Below, piece by piece: positions 13,651 through 24,231 of a stretch of DNA of 64,000 nt. Within the stretch, counting starts at the first letter, position 1. Each line of letters starts with the position of its first letter. The notes beneath the pieces are model-generated. The model did not search any database. It saw only the letters and a program-made list of their open reading frames with translations, and was not told where the DNA came from. The DNA lies in NCBI RefSeq assembly GCF_004010195.1, contig NC_057711.1, positions 77,412,341-77,476,340 on the forward strand, in the 5' to 3' direction. Source of the stretch: Chiloscyllium plagiosum. Its lineage: Eukaryota. Position numbers and translations under genes: made by a program.

Positions 13651-14132
13651 AACTATTGATTCTACTTTTGCTTGGGGAGAAATAGGTAGCTTGGAACAAG
13701 AAGAGATTTGGAGATTCCCAAATACATACACCTGTAAAATGGCCAATGAAATTTTACGACAAGAGGCATAAAATATAAAACTTGAGGTGTGGTGATAAAC
13801 CTGTGTAAAATAAAAACACTGAAATTTTGGGATCTACACTAGAGAAAGAATGTTGGAGGAATAGAAAGGGTACAATGCTGAATCATTAAGACATAAAAAT
13901 TTACACAAGTTAAAAAAAACTGACAATTTTTACCTAAATGGAGGGGATCATGGCATAACTTGAGTAAAATGCTTAAAATTTTGAAGGAATGAGATCAGAT
14001 GGTATTACAAAAGGCAAATTACCTTTGTAGGTGTCCAGTGAGAACTCCATTTCCCAATGTGGCTGAGAATTCTGGACAAAGTTAAAAATCACACAACACC
14101 AGGTTATTGTCCAACAGATTTAATTGGAAGCA

Positions 14133-14168
14133 CACTAGCTTTCAGAGCAACGCTCCTTCATCAGGTGA
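14133..14168 (-). ncRNA. Minimal type I hammerhead ribozyme motif (PLE pseudo-LTR copy 1)
   Basis: Minus strand cac-CUGAUGA-a-ggagc-guu-gcucu-GAA-AGCU-A-gug: both core boxes, stem II, palindromic AGCU helix III, cac/gug stem I. Confidence 0.7.
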
Positions 14169-14388
14169 TAGTGGAGGGCTCAATCCTAACACACAGAATT
14201 TATCACAAAAATTTACAGTGTGATGTAACTGAAATTATACATTGAAAAATTGATTGTCTATTAAACCTTTCATCTGTTAGAATACAGTGATAGTTTCACT
14301 TCTTTCATGTGTAAATCACAAAACCTTTTTTTTAAGATTAAAACTCACACAACACCAGGTTATAGTCCAATAGGTTTAATTGGAAGCA

Positions 14389-14424
14389 CACTAGCTTTCG
14401 GAGCGAAGCTCCTTCATCAGGTGA
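14389..14424 (-). ncRNA. Minimal type I hammerhead ribozyme motif (PLE pseudo-LTR copy 2)
   Basis: Minus strand cac-CUGAUGA-a-ggagc-uuc-gcucc-GAA-AGCU-A-gug with a perfectly paired stem II. Confidence 0.75.
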
Positions 14425-16139
14425 TTGTGGAGGGCTCAATCCTAACACAGAATTTATAGCAAAAATTTGCAGTGTGATGTAATTGAAATTATACATTGAA
14501 AAATTGATTGTCTTTTAAGTCTTTCATCTGTAAGAATACAGTGATAGTTTCACTTCTTTCATGTGTAAATCACAAAACCTTTTTTTTTAAAGTTGCACTC
14601 TCGGGTTAGCTGTTAACAATGGTGATAGCTAGACAATATGTTGAAGGTGTTAGCCCCCTGTGTTCTCTGTCTATGACCTGATGTTTAGATTGATTCTAAT
14701 CTAAAAAATGAGATAACAGAGTTTTACATAAATTCATGCAGTTTTTGAGCTCAGAGTTCTACATGAATGCATGCAGTTTTTGTAATGTGACATGAACCCA
14801 AGGTCCCGGTTGAGGCCCTCCCTATGGGTACCGAACTTAGCTATCAGCCTCTGCTCGGCCACTTTCCTCTGCTGCCTGTCCCGAAGTCCACCTTGGAGGA
14901 TGGTTACCCAAAGGTCCGAGGCTGAACATCCTGGACCACTGAAGTGTTCCCCAACTGGGAGGGAACCCTCCTGTCTGTTGATTGTTGTGCGGTGCCCATT
15001 CATCCGTTGTCGTAGTCTTTGCTCGGTTTCCCCAATGTACCATGCCACCGGGCATCCTTGCCTGCAACGTATAAGATAGACAACATTGGCTGAGTCACAT
15101 GAGTACCTGCCATGTACAAGGTGGGAGGTGTGCTTCCAATTAAACCCTTTGGACTACAACCTGGTGTTGTGTGATTTTTAACTTTGTACACCCCAGTCCA
15201 ACACCAGCATCTCCAAATCACGAGAATTCTGGAGCATGCCTTAAGAGTGGCATTGTTGCAGGTAGGACATACTTCATTCATGTTGTTTTTAAAAGCGGAA
15301 TGACCTTGCTATTAAATGTTGAAGGTGTTAGCCACCTGTGTTCTCAGTCTATGACCTGATGTTTAGATTGATTCTAATCTAAAAAGTGAGATAACAGAGT
15401 TTTACATAAATTCATGCAGTTTTTGAGCTCAGAGCTCTGTGTTGTGGGGACTACCACAAAAAGGAGACTACAGGATCAGGAATGCTAGAGAAGAAGAGCC
15501 ATTGGAGTCCAGTCAGTTGTTTGGTGTCAGTCAAAGCAGAAGGTTGCTACCTTTGGGATTCTGATCGGGTGGGGAGAAGCCTTGGGCAGTTGTGACGAGA
15601 GAGAGAGAGAGAGAAAATTCAGGTCCAAATTGTTTTTTGGTAGCTGAGCACAGCAGTGAAAGAAGCCCACAAGTAGTATTTTGTTAGTGCAGATGGAGAC
15701 TGGATTTCAGAGAAACCAGAAATAGTGCCAGCTTAATGAAGCTAGTTGTCTATGAAAGAGCTGAATTTGTGTCATTGCTGGGTGTTTCCCCTTGAAAATC
15801 CAGACAGGGGCGGGGGACCCATTCCCAGGCAAACAAACTCAAATTAGGAAAGAAGAGGTCATTGAGGCATTCCATAATGGAGTAGCTTTGAAGGAATTTT
15901 AAAGCTAGACCTCAAAAGTGAAGAATTTGAATACCTTGTATAAGAGTCAAAGTTTTAATGAAGTTGTGACAGTGTCACAAATATCTGGGTAGGTTGCTGA
16001 GAAATCTCTGGAAAATGTATTAACCACACATGCTATTTGAAGTGTTCTGTGTGGTGTTTGATCACAGTTTGTCTGATAACACGCACTTATCCTATGTTAA
16101 TTCTGGATATGAGAGTTTAAGTTCAATGTACACAAAGTA

Positions 16140-16780
16140 AATGTAGAAATACAGAAAATAGGAGCAAGTGTAGAACGTTTGTCCTTCAAGCCTGCTCCAA
16201 AATTCAACATGATCATGGCTGATCATACAGCTCTGTGCCCTGTTTCTGATTTCTCCTCAGAACCTTTGTTCCCTTTTATTAGTAAGAACCATATCTATCT
16301 CTTACTTGAAAACATTGAATGTTTTTTCCTGAGCTGCTTTCTGTGGCAGTGTACTCCACAGGCTGACCACACTGAAGTAATTTCTCCTAATCTCAATGCT
16401 AAAGGACGTATCCCATATGCTTAGACAGTGACCTCTCGTTCTGGACTCCCTGGCCGTCGGGGACATCCTTCCAACATTTACACAGTTAAAATTTTACAGG
16501 TTTTTATATGCTCTGGTTCCTCTCTGAATATGGTCCTATTCACTCTAGTCTCTCTTCATATGCCAGTCCTACCATCCCAGGAATTGGTCTGGCAAACCTT
16601 TGTTGCACTCCCTCCGAAGCCAGAACATCGTCCCTCAGAGAAAGAGACCAACTTTGCACACAGTACTCCAGGTAAGTACTGGAGTACTAAGCCTGGTACA
16701 ATTCAGCAAGACATCCCTGCTCCTGTACTCAAATCCTCTTACTATGAAGGCTAAACTTCCATTTGCCTTCCTTACTACCT
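16140..16780 (-). mobile_element. Old CR1 LINE 3' fragment
   Basis: Tail agaaatacagaaaataggagc followed by decayed CR1 ORF2 C-terminus (tgcacacagtactccagg). Confidence 0.7.
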
Positions 16781-17399
16781 GGAGATGGTTTTGCTTTTCT
16801 AACCTCCTATAGTTCTATTCATTTGTTGAAACCTATGGAATCTTGTAGCTTTATTCTCTTTGTAAATACCTAGGATCTTAAATTATGTTTGCTCGAGACA
16901 AAAACATTACTGGTTCCTAACCAGATCATAAGACAAACATGGCAGTGCCATCTGGGAACGTAATTATAGATGCGGATTGACTGTTTCTCATCATTGCGTG
17001 GTCTGAAAAGGAAAAAGCTAAGGATAAAGAAAAAAATGAAGGAGACTATGACAAAAAGCAAATGTTTACCACACAGAAGATAGTGGCATTGTGGAATATA
17101 CTACTAAGAGTAAATTATTGAGACAAGGTCACTTTAACATTTAAGAATAGATTAGAAAATAGGTGAGGCAAAATAGAGAGGATACAATCTACAAAGGGCA
17201 TAGGCACTTGGATTAAGACTTTAGGTCAGATGAAAAATAAGCACCAAGGTGCTTTGACTGAAAAACCTGTTTTCATTTTACAATTCTGTTAACACAGATT
17301 TACAGAATCATTATAATACAGAAAAAGCCATTCAGCTATTCATGTCTGCATTTTTCTCTTTGGTAATTGAGTGCCTTTCTCCAGCCTTTTCCCCTTAAG

Positions 17400-17760
17400 C
17401 CTGCATATCCTGAGATGAGGTTCCAAGGGTGTATCAAATCTACCACAAACATAGCCTCTATCTAGCTCCATAATATCACCTCCATCTGCTGCTGAAACCC
17501 AAGAGAACTTCAATTACCTCTAGCCTTAGACTATATCAATACTCACTAATTTTCCACTCTCCATGAACTTCTAAAACTCTGCTATCCCTTTTCCTAACTC
17601 ATAGTACATAGTGTTTACTTATCACATCTGGCTCACTGATGTCCATTGGCTTGCAATCTGTTAACACCTCAGTCTTAAAATTCTCATTGTCTCATCTTTT
17701 CCTATTTCCATAACTGTCTCCAGCCATACAAACTTCCAAAGTCTCTATAATCCTCGAATC
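17400..17760 (+). mobile_element. Old L2-like LINE 3' ORF2 fragment
   Basis: Decayed L2-type motifs (gctgctgaaaccc, ttagactat, cattggctt, ttaaaattctc). Confidence 0.45.
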
Positions 17761-17839
17761 TCTAAATTTAAAGGCAATGTGTTGAATTTTAAGATATTAT
17801 TAAACCTGAGCTGTAGGAATTCTGATATAGTGAGCATGG

Positions 17840-17970
17840 CATTCTGATGAATGGCTTATGCCTAAAATGTCAACTCTCCTGCTCCTCGGATGCTGCCTGA
17901 CTGGCTGTGCTTTTCCAGCACCACATTTTTTGACTCTGATCTCCAGCATCTTCAGCCCTCACTTTCTCAC
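17840..17970 (+). mobile_element. PLE pseudo-LTR fragment
   Basis: ctgatgaatggcttatgcctaaaatgtc (degenerate hammerhead) followed by sequence matching 3633-3727. Confidence 0.75.
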
Positions 17971-18982
17971 AGTCTATGATGCAGTGAGAATTTAGATGGT
18001 GTAAAAATGGGAATGAATGCCAAGAATTTGATATCTGCCGTAAGTGCCACAACTATTCAAATGATGCATCATTCTAATATTGAAACACAAAATGTACCTA
18101 TAGATATAACAACAATGATCACTGCCTGTATGAATATTGCCACAATGGTGGGATCAAACGGGCCAGTCGTATTTAAGGTGTAGCAGAATATTACAGAATT
18201 GTCCATGATACATCTGGAAGGGTCAAGGTTAGGATCTCAAAATTGGATGTGAAATTGATATAAACGTGGACAGGGATTATGGAAATGATAATAAAAATTT
18301 ATTACTTTAAGTCATATTATCACATGCATCTTTTATTCCCAACCCTCCAGTTATGCCTGAAGATTGCGCATAATGCGAAAAGAACTCAACAAAAATTTGC
18401 ACCAAACTAATCTTCCTTTAGGAAACAAAGAGCAACCAAAATGTCAAGAAAAGTTATTATATTGATATTTATACTTGATATTTTGAGACCAATTCCTACC
18501 ATCCTTAGAGGGCCATCTGATTCAAGATAGTATAACAGCTGTTTCTTTAATAAAAATGCAGTTTAAATTATGGCACAGATAGAAGTCCTAAAAGATGCAG
18601 GGTTTGGAAGAAAATCATGACTTAGAATTCTTGTAAGAAAATTAAACCATGTCTTAAAACTCTGCAACTTTAACAAATGGTTGCAAAACCTTAAGTCTCA
18701 TAGCTAAGTAAACTATTGTAACATTAGCTTTATGTTTGCTCGTCACTGCATTGAACTGTACTGAACTATTCAAAACCAGAGCATAACAGATAAAGTATCT
18801 AGATGTGGAAACATTCTCAGATAAATTAGGAGATATCAGATGGGAGGAATCTATTAAAGATCATATGTGCTCTGATCACTGGTCAGTTGGCTCAAATAGC
18901 TTGTAGACAAAGAGCCTAATTATCTCTTCAGGTGGTAAGAAAGAAGGTCAAAATGACATTTGCCACAGCAGTGAGGAATAGA

Positions 18983-19545
18983 TCATAAGACCAAAAGACA
19001 TAGGAGCAGAAATTAGGCCATTCAGCCCATCGGGTATCCTCCACCATTCAATCATGGCTGATAAGTTTCTCAACCCCATTCTCCCGCTTTCTCCCCAGAA
19101 CCCTTGATCGGTTGGACAATCAAGAACCTATCTATCTCAGTCTTAAATATACTCAGTGACCTGGCGTCCTTTGTCTTCTGTGGCAGTGAATTCCATAGAT
19201 TCACCACTTTCTGGCTGAAGAAGTTTGTCTGTTCTAAAGGGTCTTCCCTTTTTTCCAAGGCTGTGCCCTCAGGTCTTAGCCTCTCCTACCAGTGGAAACA
19301 ACTTCCCAATATCCACTCTGTTCAAACCATTCAGTATTCTGTAAGTTTCAATTAGATCCCCCCTCATCCTTCTAAACTCCATCAAGTATAGGCCCACGTC
19401 CTCAAATGTTCCTCATGTATTAAAGTTTTCATTCCTGGGACCATTCTTGTGAACCACCTCTGAACACGCTCCAGGGCCTGTACATCTGTTCTGAGATAAG
19501 GGGTCCAAAATTGTGCACAATACTCCAAAAGTGGTCTAAACAGAA
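18983..19545 (-). mobile_element. CR1 LINE 3' fragment (second family, cataagac tail)
   Basis: ORF FFSQKVVNLWNSLPQK...FKTEIDRFL; same family as 28617-30010. Confidence 0.85.
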
Positions 19546-19649
19546 TAGGTACAAAGTGTAGAAATAGTCCTTACTTGAGATCAGGGAATGACAGACATCA
19601 AAGCAGCTAATAACATTTTAAAGGAATTATATGCAGCATGGATACTTTA

Positions 19650-19895
19650 GGGGTCTTGTGATGCAGTGGTAATGTCCCGACCTCTAAATTCAAGGCCCAG
19701 GCTGAGCTCTCACCTGCTCCAGATATGTGTCATCACACATCTGAACAGGTTAATTGGAAATATCTCTGAGTCAACCCTGATTTGTGGCCTTGTGGCACTG
19801 TGGTACTGTCCCTACCTCTGAGGCAGAAGATTCAAGATCAAGTCTCACATGCCCTGGAGATGTGTTATAATACATCTGAGCAGGTTGATCAAAAT
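19650..19895 (+). mobile_element. Head-to-tail pair of short (~110 bp) tRNA-like SINE units
   Basis: Units 19650-19760 and 19785-19895 share an A-box-like tgtg(a/g)(t/c)(g/a)c(a/t)gtggta and a 3' catctga(a/g)caggtt; relatives at 12965-13050, 30535-30770 and 33670-33775. Confidence 0.55.
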
Positions 19896-19924
19896 AAATC
19901 CTGTTCATAGCTAAAACAGAAGTA

Positions 19925-20625
19925 AAAATCTCCTTCCTGTAGTGTGGTGACCAGAGTTGCACACAATACTCTAGCAGTGGCACAACGAAAGTTCTAAACA
20001 CCTCCAACATAACTTCTCTGCTCTACAATCCATGTCTCAACTGATAAAGAAAGTGTCCCAATTGCTTTTTTAAACTACCCTATTAATCTGTCCTGCCACC
20101 TTCAGTGATGTGTTAACAAACATTCCTTTTGTCCTCTGAGCTTCCTAGTGTCCTGCCATTCATTGAGCACTCCATTGTCTTGTTACTTCTTCCAAAGTGC
20201 ATCACCTCAAACTTATCAGGATTAAATTTCATCTGCTACTGATCTGTCCATCTGACTAATCTGTTTATATTGTCCTGTAATCCAAGACCTTCTTCCTCAC
20301 TGTCAACCAGGCAGTCAGTTTTCATCTCATCGCAAACTTGCTTATTATCTCCCACCACCACCTTATCCCCACACCCCAGCATTCTCATTAATGTTGCTTA
20401 TGTACATCACAAACAATAAAGACTAAGAGACCCGTGGAGCACCACTGAACACCAGCTTCCAATCACACAACAGCTACCTCAGCCATCAATCACCACTCTC
20501 TCTCTCTTGCCACTAAGACAATTTTGGATTCTACTTGCCCATTTATCATTGATCCCATGTACTTTTACATTCTAAATCGATCTCCCATGTGGAATCTTGA
20601 CAAAGGCTTGACTGAAACCCACATA
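19925..20625 (-). mobile_element. Old CR1 RT fragment
   Basis: ORF PLLEYCVQLWSPHYRKEI; ccaaagtgcatcacctc encodes the EVMHFG motif on the minus strand. Confidence 0.75.
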
Positions 20626-20627
20626 AA

Positions 20628-20945
20628 TGCAGGAAAGATGTTCTTGATGACTGGGGAGTGCAGAATCGGTAGTCTAAAGATATAGAGTAGGCCATTTAGG
20701 GCTGAAATCTTTTACATCCAGAGAGTTGCAAGCTTGTGGCGTTCTCTGCCACAGAAAGCAGAAGAGGTCAAACATTTAGCTCTTTTCAGAAGGAGATAGA
20801 TATATTTCTTAGGGCTAAAGGAATCAAAGAATATGTGATGAAACAGAAGCAGGATATTGAGTGAGATGATCAGTCATGACGATAATGAATAGCAGAGCAG
20901 GCTCAAAGGACTGAATAACCTATTCCTATTTTCTCTCTTTCTATG
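20628..20945 (+). mobile_element. Old CR1 3' fragment
   Basis: CR1 C-terminal/3' UTR pattern (gagagttgcaagcttgtggcgttctctgccacag ... cctattcctatttt). Confidence 0.7.
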
Positions 20946-21689
20946 CTAATTTTCATCGTAACTCAACTGCCATATCTGGATTTTAATATGCTAACACAAG
21001 CTGTTATTCTTATCACATTAAACAAATTGAGCACAGCTACAGGACTTACATTGAGACAATAATGCACTAGAATTTATACCCCCTCACCCCTCTTTCAGTA
21101 TCCTGGTGCACGAATCACATAAAATTAGTATCTACATGCAGTAAGTAATTAGGAAAGTAAATGAAATGTTGTTTACTGCAAGGACAATGGAAATCAGGAT
21201 GTTTGACATAATTGTATAGAATTATTGATACCACATCTGGATCACTATTTTCGTCTCATGTAAGAGAGACTACAAATACCATCGAAGCAATCCAAAAGAT
21301 CACTTAATTGATACCTCAGACAGGGGTTTGTCCTGTGAAAGGGTTAGTCAGGTGGAGCCTGTAATCATTAGAGTTTGAAGAAGAAGTGATGATCGTACTA
21401 AAAGATACAAGACCCCCAAGGATTTGGCAAGGTTGTTTCTGGAAGGATGGGCTGAATCTTAACAGAAATCAGCTAAGTGTCAATTTTTGCGAGTTTCATA
21501 GATGGTTTCTTTCCACAGTGCCAAAAATATTTGAATGAACTCTCATCAACTTACCCATTAACTAGGTACCACATTCCCTTTCATCAATGCTAGTCCAATT
21601 CCCCATTCACTATAGGCGGAAGTATTCACCGGATCCCTAGCAGCGATATCGTCTTTGACCTTCAGCTACCCTCAAACCTTGTGGGAATC

Positions 21690-22968
21690 TAGGGAAATGA
21701 TTGCTGGGCCCCTTGCCATGGGTGAGGGACAGGATTTACATGTATTTTGAAAGGCAAGGACTGATTAGGGATAGTCAACATGGTTTTGTGTGTGGGAAAT
21801 CACATCTCACTAAATTGATTGAATTTTTTGAAGAAGTGACGAAGAAGTTTGATGAAAGCAGAGCACCAGACATTGTTTATATGGACTTCAGTAAGGCCTT
21901 CAACAAGGTTTTGGATGATAGACTGCTTAGCAAAGAATAGACTGCTCAGATCACATGGAATACAGGGAGAACCAGTGATTCGGATACAAAATTGGCTCAA
22001 AGGTAGGAGGTAGAGGTTGGTGGTAGAGGGTTCCTTTTTGGACGAGAGGACTGTAATCAGCAGTGTGCTGCAAGGATCAGTGCTGGGTCTATTCTTTTTT
22101 GTCATTTATATAAGTGACTTGGACGTGAACATAGGAGGTTTGGAGATGACACCAAACTAAGTGGTGTAGTGGACAGCAAAGAAGATTACCTCAGAGTACA
22201 ATGGAATATTGATCAGATGGGCAAATAGCCCAAGGAGTGGTGGGTGGAGTTTTATTTAGATAAATGTGCATTTTGGAAAGGCAAATCAGGGCAGGACTTA
22301 TACACTTAATAGATATCTTGGGGTGCAGTTACAGAGTTCCTTTGAAAGCAGAGTCGCAGGTAGCCAGGTTTGTGAAAAATGCATTTGGTATGCTTGCCTT
22401 TACTGGTCAGTGTATTGAGTATAGGAGTTGGGATGTGGCAGTACAGGACATTGGTTAGGCCATTTTTGGAATAGTGCATTCACTTGTGGTCTCCCTGCTT
22501 TAAAAAGAATGTTGTGAAACTTGAAAGGTTCAGAAAAGCTTTACAAGAGTGTTACCAGGGTTGGAGGGTTTGAGCTATATGGAAATGCTGAATAGGCTGG
22601 GGCTATTTTCCCTGGAGCTTCAGAGGCTGAGGGGTGACTTTACAGAGGTTTATAAAATCATGAGGGACATGGATATAGTGAATAGTAAACTAGAGGGCAT
22701 CGGTTGCAGGTGAGAGAGGGAAGATTTAAAAGGGACCTAAGAGGCAACATTTTCATGCAGAAGCTGGTGTCTGTCTTGAATGAGCTCCCAGAGGATGTAG
22801 TGAAGGCTGGTAAAGTTACAAAATTTAAAAGGCATCTGGATGGGTACCTGAATAGAAAGGGTTTAGGGGAATATGGACCAAATGGGACCACACTAATTTA
22901 GGATATCTGGATGGCATGGACAAGTTGGACTGAAGGGTCTGTTCCCATGCTGTGTATCTCTATGACTA
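21690..22968 (+). mobile_element. 5'-truncated CR1 LINE (same family as 308-4065)
   Basis: SQHGFVCGKSHLTKLIEFFEEVTK, YMDFSKAFNKV; tail ctctatgactat at ~22958-22969. Confidence 0.88.
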
Positions 22969-23184
22969 TGTGCCTGGTGAAGCCTAGGCAGTTCAGAGTT
23001 GCCCTTCATCATTAATGGCAATGCAGCCGCAAACCTTTCATGGCACAAAGTTGGCACAACTGACATCTTCTTCCACATGCAACTGCACATATCTACCCCA
23101 ACCACTGTTTAATACTAGGCTGCACAGCTTACCTGCTCTTAGCCACATCGCATCTTACAACCCTCCAAGTCTTCTACTTTTTTA

Positions 23185-23860
23185 TACTTGCATGAGATGT
23201 GGACATCAGCATTTATTGCCCATCCCTAATTTCCACAGGACATTTACAGGTATAAAAGAGACCTGAAAGGCAACATTTTCACACTGTGTGGAATGAGCTG
23301 GAAGTGGTGAAGGCTAGTACAATTGCAACATGTAAAAGGCATCTGGATGGGTATATGAACAGGAAGGGTTTGGAGGGATTTGGGCCGGGTGCTGGCAGGT
23401 GGACCTAGATTGGGTTGGGATATCTGGTCGGCATGGACAAGTTGGACCGAAGGGTCTGTTTCCATGCTGTATATCTCTATGACTCTATGACTCTATAACC
23501 AGGTGAGGATGACAGATTTTCTTCCCTAAGGTACATTAATGAACCGGATGGGTTTTTATAATAATTGACAGTGACCACGAGTCACCAGTTGTCATGATTT
23601 TAATTCTAGATATTAGAGTCATAGAGATGTACAGCATGGAAACAGACCCTTCGGTCCAACCCGTCCATGCCGACCAGATATCCCAACCCAATCTAGTCCC
23701 ACCTGCCAGCACCCGGCCCATATCCCTTCAAACCCTTCCTATTCATATACCCATATATTCTTTTATTGAATTGAAATTTTACCATCTGCCATGCACACAA
23801 TACATTAGCCTTGGGCTCTGGATTGCAGTAAAGTGACATGACCACAATGCCACTGCCTCA
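23185..23860 (-). mobile_element. Deu-domain SINE (SacSINE1-like) interrupted by two CR1 3' fragments
   Basis: Minus strand reads tRNA-like head gaggcagtggcattgtggtcatgtcact, Deu-like core aaaaacccatccggttcattaatgt and tail aattagggatgggcaataaatgct; CR1 tails at ~23250-23497 (+) and ~23614-23755 (-). Confidence 0.65.
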
Positions 23861-23902
23861 CTCACTTTTTCCAAAGTCCACTATAGGCCAGCATCTTCTC
23901 AG

Positions 23903-24000
23903 CAGAGTCAAAAAGTGTGGCGCTGGAAAAGCACAGCAGGTCAGGCAGCATCTAAGGTGCAGGAGAGTCAACATTTTGAGCATAAGCTCTCCATCAGGAT
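23903..24000 (-). mobile_element. PLE pseudo-LTR fragment
   Basis: gtgtggcgctggaaaagcacagcaggtcaggcagcatc matches 2814-2850. Confidence 0.75.
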
Positions 24001-24231
24001 CTCCCAACATCTTCTCATTGTACGTTGTGGGATGCCTTTAAACAGTTTAAAACATTCACCTTTTCTTCAGCAATGCCAAAAGCAAACAGAAAGCAAACCA
24101 ACAGAATCTACATTTGTTTCTTAAAACAGAAACAAGCTACTCACATGTCAATCGTCAAGAATCCTACAGTCAATGAATAATCATTGCACCCAGTTCTCTT
24201 CTGCTGGAGTCAGGTGTCAGTTAAGTACTAG

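Larger units (their letters stand above)
14077..15221 (-). mobile_element. Penelope-like element with GIY-YIG endonuclease, tandem and inverted pseudo-LTRs, 12-bp TSD
   Basis: TSD gagaattctgga at 14065-14076 and 15222-15233; ORF 14734-15048 WYIGETEQRLRQRMNGHR...EQRLIAKFGTHREGLN (GIY-YIG); ~256-bp direct repeats (~14078-14333 and ~14335-14590); inverted partial copy 15128-15220. Confidence 0.92.
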
